Assembly: GCA_964642925.1 (NCBI GenBank)
Contig: CAZXPJ010000004.1
Span: 15,420 to 79,419, forward strand
Reading direction: 5' to 3'
Length of the DNA: 64,000 nt
Source of the DNA: an uncultured Eubacteriales bacterium
GTDB taxonomy: Bacteria; Bacillota; Peptococcia; Peptococcales; SKKY01
This document shows, piece after piece, positions 48,820 through 57,993 of the stretch (position 1 is its first letter; each line of letters begins with the position of its first letter). The notes under the pieces are model-generated. The model worked only from the letters and a program-made list of their open reading frames with translations, ran no database searches and was not told the origin of the DNA. The translations under genes were made by a program, and so were the position numbers.

Positions 48820-50007
48820 TTAAGCTTGAGCTATTTTTTTACCAAACTCAACAGCTTCTTCTTCTTTTTCCTTATTAGGGTTCCATAGGTTCCTAAATCC
48901 ATCGTTAATTATTTCAAATCCTGCTGAAGTAAGGAGTTCATTTATCCTTTTAACGGCTTCACCGCTCCAACCATAGCAACCAAAAGCTGCCGCTTTTTTA
49001 TTTTTAAATTTTCTTTCTTGCATCATATACATGAAGCCCGCTATTGTTGGTAGAAGGCTATTGTTTACAGTAGGTGATCCTATTATAACTTTTTTTGAAG
49101 AAAAAATTTCAGTTATAACATCATTTTGATCACTTTTAGCAAGATTAAATAATTTTATAACTACATCTGGATCTTCTAATTCAATACCTTCAGCAATTTT
49201 TTCTGCTAATCTTTTTGTTCCATTCCACATGGTATCATAGACTATTGTGATCTGATTTTCTTGATAATCATCACACCACTGAGCATATTTTTCTACTATT
49301 TGCATGGGATTGTCCCGCCAAATAATTCCATGTCCAGTTGCAATAATATCTATATTTAAATTAAGTTTGCCAATTTCATCTAATTTTCTTTTTAAAATAG
49401 GGCTATAGGAATTAAGAATATTAGCATAGTATTTTTTAGCTTCATTATAAAGAGTGCATTGATCTGCCAAGTCATTGAATAAGGCTTCATGAGCATAATG
49501 TTGTCCAAAAGCATCATTACTAAAGAGAATGTTGTCTCCTGTAAGATAGGTAGCCATACTATCAGGCCAATGGAGCATACTCATTTCTACGAAAATTAAC
49601 TTTTTACCATTTCCAATATCCAAGGTGTCACCAGTTTTAACTACTTGGAAATTCCAGTCTTGATGATATTGTCCTTTTAAAGATTTTACCCCATTAGCTG
49701 TGCAGTAAATAGGTGTCTCTGGAATATGTTTCATAAGTTCTGGTAAAGAACCACTATGATCTACTTCGCCATGACTAGCTATTATATAGTCAATCTTTTT
49801 TAAATCGATCTCTTTAGATAAGTTCTCTACAAACTCTTTAGCAAAAGGAAGCCAAACCGTATCAACTAAAACATTTTTTTCTTCCTGAATTAAATATGAA
49901 TTATATGTGGACCCATTATGAGTAGTCAGCTCATGACCATGAAAGGTTTGTAACTCCCAATCAATTTTTCCTACCCAATTAACATTGTTTTTAATAAGTT
50001 TTTTCAT
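48820..50007 (-). CDS. flavodiiron protein (FprA-type A-flavoprotein; metallo-beta-lactamase + flavodoxin domains)
   Basis: Di-iron ligand motif HGEVDHSG and a C-terminal flavodoxin-like domain. 395 aa, with no rubredoxin domain. Confidence 0.85.
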   Translation of the reverse strand: MKKLIKNNVNWVGKIDWELQTFHGHELTTHNGSTYNSYLIQEEKNVLVDTVWLPFAKEFVENLSKEIDLKKIDYIIASHGEVDHSGSLPELMKHIPETPIYCTANGVKSLKGQYHQDWNFQVVKTGDTLDIGNGKKLIFVEMSMLHWPDSMATYLTGDNILFSNDAFGQHYAHEALFNDLADQCTLYNEAKKYYANILNSYSPILKRKLDEIGKLNLNIDIIATGHGIIWRDNPMQIVEKYAQWCDDYQENQITIVYDTMWNGTKRLAEKIAEGIELEDPDVVIKLFNLAKSDQNDVITEIFSSKKVIIGSPTVNNSLLPTIAGFMYMMQERKFKNKKAAAFGCYGWSGEAVKRINELLTSAGFEIINDGFRNLWNPNKEKEEEAVEFGKKIAQA

Positions 50008-50045
50008 TCTAAATCCCTCCTTATTTAATATTTATATCCATCATA

Positions 50046-50876
50046 TCAATATTTAAGTTTTTTATCTAGAATATTCTCTGCTTCCTCTATATTATCCGGT
50101 ATTTCAAGATTATGCCCTCTACTCTTTAATCTTTGAAATAGTTCGGATAAAATTGGGGGCTCAAGATTTGCCTCCTTTAGAATTTGAGTTTCCGCAAAAA
50201 CTTCCCTAGGTTTACCTTTTTTTACGATTTGCCCATTATTTAAAATATAAATCTTATCCGCAACTTCCGGTACTAGGTTAATATCATGAGTTGTCATAAC
50301 TATGGTAATACCAAAGTCCTTATTAAGAAAGTTAATTATTCCCAGCATTTCTTTTTTCGATTCAGGATCAAGAGATTCAAAGGGTTCATCTAAAATCAAT
50401 AATTCTGGAAACATTACAATAGCTCCTGCTAAAGCAACTTTTTTCTTTTGCCCTCCACTTAAGTAGTGAGGTATCTTTTCTAATAAATGTTCAATCTTTA
50501 AAATACGGGAAATCTTTAATACTTTTTCTCCTACTTCTTTTTCGCTTAATTTTGCGTTTCTCGGAACAAAAGCTATATCGTCATACACTCTAGGTCCTAT
50601 TATTTGTTCATCAACATTTTGGAAAACTACCCCAATTTTTTTACGGATATTCTTAAATTCTTTAACTGGATTTAATCCCATTACTTCTACGCTTCCTTCT
50701 ATTGGAGCTAAAAGACCTAAAATATGGGCAAGTAAAGTAGTTTTACCAGCTCCATTAGGTCCAAGGATTACAATTCTTTCTCCTTTTAGAACATCAAAAT
50801 CCAAACCACATATTTTAACCTCTGTTTTATCAGGATAGATATGTTTTAAGCACTTTACTTTTATTATAGATTCCAT
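50046..50876 (-). CDS. cbiO: ECF transporter ATPase (CbiO/NikO type)
   Basis: Walker A GPNGAGKTT and signature LSGGQKKK. Overlaps the T-component gene by 13 nt. Confidence 0.85.
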   Translation of the reverse strand: MESIIKVKCLKHIYPDKTEVKICGLDFDVLKGERIVILGPNGAGKTTLLAHILGLLAPIEGSVEVMGLNPVKEFKNIRKKIGVVFQNVDEQIIGPRVYDDIAFVPRNAKLSEKEVGEKVLKISRILKIEHLLEKIPHYLSGGQKKKVALAGAIVMFPELLILDEPFESLDPESKKEMLGIINFLNKDFGITIVMTTHDINLVPEVADKIYILNNGQIVKKGKPREVFAETQILKEANLEPPILSELFQRLKSRGHNLEIPDNIEEAENILDKKLKY

Positions 50877-51577
50877 GGTATTAACACCCCAATTATTAAA
50901 ATAATCCCTATGACAATTAATATATAATCCTTCTTACCCTTAATAAGAATTATATTTCCTGATGGTAATTTACCATCATAACCCCTTAATGAATAAATTT
51001 TATACATCCTCTCGCTGGCTTCAAAAGAATGGATTATTAAAATGCCAATTATCCCAGCAATGTTTTTTATATTTTTGATAAAGTTAAATTGATGATATCC
51101 ACCTTTTAATTTTATACTTTTTAGAATATTTTCCAACTTTCCTAAGAGGATAAAAAATGACCGATAAGTAAAAAAGAGAATATCCACAATAACAGAGGGG
51201 AATATAAGATTTAAAATAGAAAATACTTCTATATAAGGAGTGGTTAATATTAACCAAATCATAGAAAATGCTGATCCTATTGCTTTTAGCATAATAATTA
51301 ATCCTTGGTTAGGAGTATCTTTTATTATAATAAGGGCAAAAAAAGTACTGAAAAATGCTGGATATAACAAAAGTTTTAGGGCTGTTTTAAAGGGGATTGC
51401 AGAGATTATTGATATAATTATGATTACTAATATCAAGAATACTATTTTTTCTAATTCCCGGGAAAACAGAAAGCCAAAGAGTAAAAGGGCTGCAAAAATC
51501 ATTTTTGCAGCTGGTCCACATTTATGAATTTTTGTTGTTCCATTTATAGAAACATTATCAATATGAGCTAAATTCAT
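50864..51577 (-). CDS. cbiQ: ECF transporter T component (CbiQ/NikQ type)
   Basis: 237-aa polytopic protein lying between the M and O components. Confidence 0.75.
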   Translation of the reverse strand: MNLAHIDNVSINGTTKIHKCGPAAKMIFAALLLFGFLFSRELEKIVFLILVIIIISIISAIPFKTALKLLLYPAFFSTFFALIIIKDTPNQGLIIMLKAIGSAFSMIWLILTTPYIEVFSILNLIFPSVIVDILFFTYRSFFILLGKLENILKSIKLKGGYHQFNFIKNIKNIAGIIGILIIHSFEASERMYKIYSLRGYDGKLPSGNIILIKGKKDYILIVIGIILIIGVLIPWNL

Positions 51578-51589
51578 AATACACCATCT

Positions 51590-52219
51590 CTATTCCGAAA
51601 TAATATCAGGTCTTACCTTTTGAAAATATCTTATAATGAAAGCTGTAGCTACTGATTCAATAAATATACCTATAAGAACTATAGAAATTAATACACTAGC
51701 TTCACCAGAATGAAGATGAAAGGGCATTTCCCCCGATGTACCTAAGGCTGTAATAAATAACAAAATCATTGTAGAAACAGAAGCAGTTAAAGCTAGGCCC
51801 ACAGAAATAAAAGTTCTAGCAAATATACCTATTTTATATAGTACTTTTCTAAATAAAAAAGAAGAAATTAAAACTTCAGAACCAATTATTAAGGTGTTTA
51901 AACCAATTATAGTAATACCACCATGACCAACTAGAGCTAGTATTAGATTAACAGAGAATACTGCTAAAAACCCAAGACTAGGACCTAAAAGAATAGATAC
52001 TAAAGATGCAAGACTAAGATGAAGAGGTAAAATACCCAAGGGGATAGACATGGCTAAAAGCATTATAGCTGCTGCTATTCCTGTAAAAGGTATCTTTTTT
52101 TTAATTTCCTCAAGATCCATTTGTTTTGTAAGATAGAACAAGATAATAAAAGTTAGAATATATCCTGATACCCATATAAATGGTGATAAGACACCGTCGG
52201 GAATATGTAAATGACTCAT
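51590..52219 (-). CDS. cbiM: metal-specific ECF S component (CbiM/NikM type)
   Basis: 209 aa. The N-terminus MSHLHIPDGVL contains the HIPDG signature of CbiM/NikM. AAGGAGGA lies 6 nt before the ATG. No CbiN/NikN gene is present. Confidence 0.75.
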   Translation of the reverse strand: MSHLHIPDGVLSPFIWVSGYILTFIILFYLTKQMDLEEIKKKIPFTGIAAAIMLLAMSIPLGILPLHLSLASLVSILLGPSLGFLAVFSVNLILALVGHGGITIIGLNTLIIGSEVLISSFLFRKVLYKIGIFARTFISVGLALTASVSTMILLFITALGTSGEMPFHLHSGEASVLISIVLIGIFIESVATAFIIRYFQKVRPDIISE

Positions 52220-52293
52220 TTTAAATCCTCCTTAAATGCGAATAGTTTGCATTTATCTTCATTAAGATTATCTTTTTCTCCTCTATTTGTCAA

Positions 52294-52345
52294 TAAAAAA
52301 GGCTTTATCCATAATCAATCTCTTGAAAGAGGGATAAAACCTTTT
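52294..52345 (-). terminator. probable terminator after the LarA-family gene, immediately before the cbiM promoter
   Basis: 12-bp stem AAGGCTTTATCC / GGATAAAACCTT with one mismatch. On the minus strand it is followed by TTTTTTATTGACA, so the T-run runs into a TTGACA -35 box at 52288-52293. Confidence 0.5.
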
Positions 52346-52352
52346 ATATTTC

Positions 52353-53603
52353 CTATATTACCATTGGTATAGTGGAACCAGCTTTTGGCATTGAATAAAC
52401 TAGGCCCCCACTAATCTTTTCCTTGGCCATTTCTAATGCTTGGGTTAGATCTTTAGCTTTTTTAACCTGTAGAGTTTTCGCTTCTTCTTCAGTAATTCCA
52501 TCACTAACAATTATCACTTCTGCTTTACTTAAACTTTGAGCCCAAAGGAAAGCTTTATGCGCACCTACTCTAAAAGGTAATTTAGCAAATTCCTCTAATA
52601 CTTTTTCAGGAGTATCCCCTAAATTCATAGTTTCCACAAAAAGATCTGATCCTATTCCCTCTACACACTCTGCACAAAGAATAATAGTTCCACCTTTTTT
52701 TACCGCCAAGGCTGAATGTAAAAGTGCTTTTTGAGCTTGATACATATTGATATCCTTAGGATATCCACCAGCACTAGCAATTACTACATCAGCTTCTTGA
52801 TTAATACTTACTTGAAGAGCTGATTTAGCAGCTTCAACACCAACTTTATGAGCTAAAAAAACATCTCCAAAAACTGCTTTTACAACTTCTTTTTTACTAT
52901 TTAATACCACATTAAAAATAAAATCTAGTTCTACTATCCTACCGATTTCATCAATGTCAGCTCTTAATGGGTTACCTTCTATCACACCAAGGCTTGCCCC
53001 GGGCTTAGTCAACATGGCATGATTAGTATTAACTAAATCTACTCCTGCCATTCCAATACTTACTCCTTTTACACCACCACTAAATCCAGCAAATTGATGA
53101 GGATCAATTACCCCAAGAGAAATTTTTAAATCTGATTCAAAATATTCTTTATTAATGTGAATTGGTGTTCCTCTAGATGTTGTTCCTAAATCGATTAACT
53201 TCGAAGGATCAAAAGCATCATGGGATACTACTTTAAATCTTTTGCTAACTTCCTCACCTAATATTTCAGGCATTTCAGATTCACCACAAACTCTGTGAAG
53301 CCCTGTTCCAATCATTATTGTAATCTGCTCATCTTTTATTCCCATTGCATTCAACTTTTCCACTAAAGGTGGAATTAATAATTCATTAGGAACGGGTCTG
53401 GTCGCATCACTAGTTACGATACAAACTTTCCCTTTGCTTTCAAAACCTTCTAAAGATTTTCCAATAGGCTCATTTAGTGCTCGTAGGATTTCTTCTTCAT
53501 TAGTAAAAGGAAGTTTTTCTTCAGAAATATTCAATTTTTTAAAGGGAAAATCTACTTCTTTTTCAATATAACCTTTACCATAGGGAATGCTTAATAAAGC
53601 CAT
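52353..53603 (-). CDS. LarA-family (DUF2088) nickel-pincer-cofactor-dependent racemase/epimerase homologue
   Basis: 416 aa. SDATRPVPN, GTGLHR, DPHQFAGFSGGVKG (Lys aligned with the cofactor-tethering Lys of LarA) and a downstream NHAM His. GAAGGAGGAG lies 7 nt before the ATG. Confidence 0.75.
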   Translation of the reverse strand: MALLSIPYGKGYIEKEVDFPFKKLNISEEKLPFTNEEEILRALNEPIGKSLEGFESKGKVCIVTSDATRPVPNELLIPPLVEKLNAMGIKDEQITIMIGTGLHRVCGESEMPEILGEEVSKRFKVVSHDAFDPSKLIDLGTTSRGTPIHINKEYFESDLKISLGVIDPHQFAGFSGGVKGVSIGMAGVDLVNTNHAMLTKPGASLGVIEGNPLRADIDEIGRIVELDFIFNVVLNSKKEVVKAVFGDVFLAHKVGVEAAKSALQVSINQEADVVIASAGGYPKDINMYQAQKALLHSALAVKKGGTIILCAECVEGIGSDLFVETMNLGDTPEKVLEEFAKLPFRVGAHKAFLWAQSLSKAEVIIVSDGITEEEAKTLQVKKAKDLTQALEMAKEKISGGLVYSMPKAGSTIPMVI

Positions 53604-53620
53604 TAATTAACTCCTCCTTC

Positions 53621-55723
53621 TTAAATAAATTCAGCTTTTCTTTTTTCTAAAAAAGCATTAATGCCTTCTGCAAAATTACCATCGTTAGCTAATTCTACTT
53701 GATATTCATATTCAAGGTCAAGAAAATCAGATAGTTCTGGATAATTAATTTTATTTACTAAATCTTTTGTTTTTCTTAAAGATTCTCCTGGTTTTGCAGC
53801 AAGTTTTAAAGCGAAGTTTTTAGTTTCTGTAGCTAATTCTTCCTCTTTAGCTAAAATATTTATTACCCCAAGATCATAAAGTTTTGTAGCTAAAATAACC
53901 TCTCCCAACATAGCTAATTCCATAGTTTTAGAGGGATTTAAAGCTTTACTTAAAAAGTAGGTTCCCCCCATATCAGGAATTAGACCAATATTTACAAAGG
54001 CTTGGACATACTTTGCTTTTTCTGAGGATACAATGAAATCGCAGCATAATGCTAAGTTGAAGCCTGCCCCTGCTGCTGCTCCATGAACACAAGCTATTAC
54101 TGGTTTCCCTATATCTCTTATTCTCAAAGCTAAAATGTTAACTTTTTTAAGTAATGGTTTAAAAAAATCATTTATATCTTTCTCTAAATAGGTTTTCATA
54201 CCTTGGATATCTCCTCCAGCAGAAAAACCTCTACCTAAACCTCTGATAATAATTACTTTACAATTCTCATCCTTTTCACATTCATCTAGAGCATCAATCA
54301 TCTCTTCTAGAATCATTTCGTCAAAGGCGTTAAGATTCTCTGGTGAATTCATTCCTATATAAGTAATTTTCTCTTCTTTTTCAATTACTATTTTTGTGTA
54401 TTCCATTTTTATTTCTCTCCTTTTTATATTATCTAATATTTTATCTTTGGCCATACCTTTAATTTGCATTCTAATAGCTTCATCTAAAATTCTTTTGAAT
54501 TCTAGAGACTCCTCTAGACCTAATTCTAAAAGTTCCCTTCCCGTAAGCAAGGGTTTGAAATTTTTAGCTTTATTTATTATGTTCTTAGATTCTACTTCTT
54601 TTTCAAAATCTATTTTAAATTTAGTAAAATTCATCCAATAATTTGTATGTAAAGTAAGATGTTTATTTTCTTTCCTTATTAATTTTAGGAAGGTTTCTTC
54701 ATAGTTAGCTTTTCCTTTAACAAATTCTATAATTGCATTTAAAGATTTTAGGCTCGTCAAAACAAAATCAATATCATTTTTGTTTTTTGTAAAGGTTTTT
54801 AGGATTCTTTTAGTTTTTTCTATATAATCTTGAACATTCCATTCATCTAAGAAAAGAATAAATAAAAATGTCCATTTTTCAGATATTTTCATTTCTTCAT
54901 TAAAATAATCAATTATTCCATTTACATCTTTCTGCTTTTCCAAATTAGAATTTAGCAATTGGCTAAATTCTTCATGTCTTTTTAAAAAAACCTTTGCTTC
55001 TTGTAGAAAAAGTATACCTGAGATAATGTTTTTACCACTAAAAAGTTTTTCCATTTCCCAGCTGATTCTTTCTAGGGATAAGCTACTTATGTCCATTCTT
55101 TTACATAATTCCATGGTCTCAAAATCCACTGTAAAATCTAGCCTGGAAACAAATTGTCCTATCCTATAAACTCTTAAGGGATCTTCAATAAAAGTAGTGG
55201 AATTAACCACACGGATAACTTTTTTTTCTATATCCGAAAGAGCACCAAAATTATCTATTATTAGTTCTTTATTAAAGGAATACATTAGAGTATTCATCGT
55301 AAGGTCTCTTCTTTGCTGGGCCTCTTTAAAACTTAAAAAAGGATTAAGAGATATACTATAGTCCTTCCTAGTGATTCCCATCTTATTTTCTTTTCTGGGG
55401 AAGGAAAAATCATAAGGCTTATTTTCCATTTTTATAACACCAAAGTTTTTTCCTATTTCATTTATTTTGCCAAATTCACCTAATATTACCTTTATCCTAT
55501 CTATAAACTCTAATAGATAAACTTCTTTCTCTTTTTTTACCAAAAAATTGTATTTTTTTTTGCTCTTGGAATTAGCATAAATCTCAAAATCAAATTCTTT
55601 AGGACTTATACCTAAAATTAGGTCTCTTAAGCTTCCTCCTACTAAAAAGAGTTCTCCTTCAGCCTCTTTGATTCTTTCAGCAATTAGTAAAATCTCTTGA
55701 GAGAAAAGCTTATTGCTAATCAT
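53621..55723 (-). CDS. in-frame fusion: CCA-type (PolyA_pol family) nucleotidyltransferase (about 438 aa) + complete enoyl-CoA hydratase/crotonase (261 aa)
   Basis: The N-terminal part has GGSLRDLILG..EFDFE, RRDLTMNTLMY and EDPLRVYR. The C-terminal part has RGFSAGGDI and HGAAAGAGFNLAL crotonase motifs. A single 700-codon ORF. The junction carries AAAAGGAGAG-N8-ATG (ATG at 54404-54406). Confidence 0.75.
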   Translation of the reverse strand: MISNKLFSQEILLIAERIKEAEGELFLVGGSLRDLILGISPKEFDFEIYANSKSKKKYNFLVKKEKEVYLLEFIDRIKVILGEFGKINEIGKNFGVIKMENKPYDFSFPRKENKMGITRKDYSISLNPFLSFKEAQQRRDLTMNTLMYSFNKELIIDNFGALSDIEKKVIRVVNSTTFIEDPLRVYRIGQFVSRLDFTVDFETMELCKRMDISSLSLERISWEMEKLFSGKNIISGILFLQEAKVFLKRHEEFSQLLNSNLEKQKDVNGIIDYFNEEMKISEKWTFLFILFLDEWNVQDYIEKTKRILKTFTKNKNDIDFVLTSLKSLNAIIEFVKGKANYEETFLKLIRKENKHLTLHTNYWMNFTKFKIDFEKEVESKNIINKAKNFKPLLTGRELLELGLEESLEFKRILDEAIRMQIKGMAKDKILDNIKRREIKMEYTKIVIEKEEKITYIGMNSPENLNAFDEMILEEMIDALDECEKDENCKVIIIRGLGRGFSAGGDIQGMKTYLEKDINDFFKPLLKKVNILALRIRDIGKPVIACVHGAAAGAGFNLALCCDFIVSSEKAKYVQAFVNIGLIPDMGGTYFLSKALNPSKTMELAMLGEVILATKLYDLGVINILAKEEELATETKNFALKLAAKPGESLRKTKDLVNKINYPELSDFLDLEYEYQVELANDGNFAEGINAFLEKRKAEFI

Positions 55724-56694
55724 CTTTCTCTGCCTTTTCCTGAATCTGTAACATTTATTAATGATGGAGGAAATGCTTTAAAGATTTTCTGGTTCTTTAA
55801 ATATTCTTGATTAAATCTAATTGCCCAAGAATAAAGGACTGAAAGAGGTACTGAAAATGGTACTTTACTATTCCTATAATTCTCCAGATTGTCTAAGAAA
55901 AAAGCTTTTTCTTCATTATTTAACTCATCAGAAAAATAACCAAAGATATGAAACAACATATTTATTTTGGTTTTATAAGATGGGTTATTATTAAAGGCTT
56001 TTAAAAGATTTTTTTTATAATCTTTAAATATTTGTTCCACATTTTTTTTGTCATGATTTGCAATTATCCCACCTAAAATTTTTAATTGACTTTGATTATA
56101 GGTCATTAGCAAATACTTATTTCTCGAATGGAAATCTATTAAGTCCTTTATTTTCTTATTTGGTGCTAATCTTTGAAATTCGGCAATTACAAAGATTTTT
56201 GTCAAAAAATTTTCTCTTATAGTGAAATCACCTAATCTTGCCTCATCCTCTATAGGCAAGTTCTTATGATAGTTGAGTACTTTAGCACCGAAAATTCCTT
56301 TACCACTTTTACCAAGGGACATTACTTTTCCATGGGATTTATAGACCTTAACTTCTTTAATTCCGCAAGATGGAGATTTGCTTTTTAAAATTGCCCCATC
56401 TATTCCATCCGTATTTGCTTGCAAAAATTCTTGAGAAAAAGTAATCATTTTATCTGTAAAATCTTCCCCAGTATTTGATTTTACAAGACGTCTATCATCC
56501 TCGGATCCTATCAGTCGCAAACTTTCCCGTGGGCTTGGTAAACCAACAGCCATTTCGGGACAGACTGTTATGAAGTCTACATATTTTTTAAGATCTTCAA
56601 CGATCTTCGAAGATATCATTGATCCATCATAGCGGCAGTGATCGAATTCAATACATTTACTAATTAAAATTTTAGGTCTAGCAAAATTATTCAT
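55720..56694 (-). CDS. ybgA: DUF523 (TudS-like [4Fe-4S] desulfidase) + DUF1722 fusion, YbgA/RudS type
   Basis: 324 aa. Cys-containing segments SKCIEFDHC, VCPEM and SPSCG lie in the N-terminal half, and the C-terminal half is helical. Its stop overlaps the downstream start in an ATGA. Confidence 0.75.
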   Translation of the reverse strand: MNNFARPKILISKCIEFDHCRYDGSMISSKIVEDLKKYVDFITVCPEMAVGLPSPRESLRLIGSEDDRRLVKSNTGEDFTDKMITFSQEFLQANTDGIDGAILKSKSPSCGIKEVKVYKSHGKVMSLGKSGKGIFGAKVLNYHKNLPIEDEARLGDFTIRENFLTKIFVIAEFQRLAPNKKIKDLIDFHSRNKYLLMTYNQSQLKILGGIIANHDKKNVEQIFKDYKKNLLKAFNNNPSYKTKINMLFHIFGYFSDELNNEEKAFFLDNLENYRNSKVPFSVPLSVLYSWAIRFNQEYLKNQKIFKAFPPSLINVTDSGKGRER

Positions 56695-56706
56695 AATATC
56701 ATCCTT

Positions 56707-57990
56707 TTATATTTTATATAGTTCCAATGCTTTTAATCTCTGCTCCTTATGGTCCACAATAGGATAAGGATAATCCTTGCCAATAATAACCCCAACTTTT
56801 TCTTGCTCTATATCTGGCATTTTCCATGGTTCGTGAATATATTTAATTTGTATACTACTTAACTCCGGAACATATTTCTTTATGTAATTTCCCTCTGGGT
56901 CGAATTTTTGCGACTGGGTTATAGGATTAAAGATTCTAAAATAAGGCTGAGGGTCTGCTCCAGTAGAGGCAGACCATTGCCAACCTCCATTATTAAGTAT
57001 AACATCTCCATCTAACAAGTGTTCCATAAAAAACTCTTCTCCCTTCTTCCAGTCAATGAGAAGATCTTTTGTGAGAAAGGATGCTGTTAGCATTCTTAGG
57101 CGATTATGCATTATTCCTTCTGTTAATAATTGTCTGATTCCTGCATCTACAAAAGGGTAACCCGTTTTACCTTCCTTCCATTTTTTAAAATATTCTTCAT
57201 TGTTTTCCCAATAAATATCATTATATTTTTCCTTAAAAGAATTATTTAAAACATGGGGAAAGTAAAAATATAAATGATAATAAAAGTCTCTCCAGGCTAA
57301 TTGCCGAATAAAAGCTTCCCTATTTAAATCAAGATCTTTTATTTTTAAAGAATAATTATAAAGGCTAAGGGGAGAAAGCATTCCTAAGCTTAAATACTTA
57401 GAGAACTTTGAGCTTCCATCTTTCCCTGGAAAATCCCTGTCATCAATATAATTTTTAATCTTTTGGTCAAAAAAACCCCTCATAATTTTGATATTTTTTT
57501 TCTCATCTTTAATATCTTTATTTTTATTATACAAAACCTTCTGCCATTTTCTATAGAAAGGAGTAAACACCACATAAGGAGAACCATCATCTTTAAGTAC
57601 CTCCCCAGGAATTGTTAAAAGATAATCCTTATCAATAATATTCAAGGTTTCTTTTAGATTCTTAAAAAGATAATCTTCCTCTTCCTTTTCCCAGGGAAGA
57701 TAAAGTTTTTGTATATAAACTTCACCTATAAATTTAGGAGGGATAATAGAATTTGCCTTATCAATAATCCCACCCTGAATTATCTTCATTTTTCCCTTCT
57801 TAGCTTCAATATCTCTTTTTAACTCAGCTAAGATTTTCTTTAGATTCTTTTTATAGAAGTCCCCTCTTTTTTCTTTGTCTAGATTTTCTTCATTCCAAAA
57901 GTAATAAAATGTAGCGTCTTCTATGAAATCAAAATGAATTCTTAGATCCTTACGGAGAATATAAATATTTTTTTTCTTGTTTTCCACCAT
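56707..57990 (-). CDS. phr: deoxyribodipyrimidine photolyase / cryptochrome family protein
   Basis: FAD-domain motifs WRDFYYHL, TGYPFVDAGIRQL and NNGGWQWSASTGADPQPYFRIFNP. 427 aa, with a short divergent N-terminal domain. Confidence 0.85.
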   Translation of the reverse strand: MVENKKKNIYILRKDLRIHFDFIEDATFYYFWNEENLDKEKRGDFYKKNLKKILAELKRDIEAKKGKMKIIQGGIIDKANSIIPPKFIGEVYIQKLYLPWEKEEEDYLFKNLKETLNIIDKDYLLTIPGEVLKDDGSPYVVFTPFYRKWQKVLYNKNKDIKDEKKNIKIMRGFFDQKIKNYIDDRDFPGKDGSSKFSKYLSLGMLSPLSLYNYSLKIKDLDLNREAFIRQLAWRDFYYHLYFYFPHVLNNSFKEKYNDIYWENNEEYFKKWKEGKTGYPFVDAGIRQLLTEGIMHNRLRMLTASFLTKDLLIDWKKGEEFFMEHLLDGDVILNNGGWQWSASTGADPQPYFRIFNPITQSQKFDPEGNYIKKYVPELSSIQIKYIHEPWKMPDIEQEKVGVIIGKDYPYPIVDHKEQRLKALELYKI

Positions 57991-57993
57991 CTA

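Noticed and set aside
52220-52352. A cobalamin or NiCo riboswitch upstream of cbiM.
   Set aside because: Only about 70 nt lie between the putative -35 box and the start codon. There is no B12-box-like sequence, and the rest of the gap is the upstream terminator.
53621-55723. The idea that the CCA-type nucleotidyltransferase domain substitutes for the CTP-dependent LarC step in making the LarA cofactor.
   Set aside because: This is purely speculative. The domain keeps tRNA-nucleotidyltransferase motifs (RRD, EDPLR), and nothing in the sequence resembles LarC.
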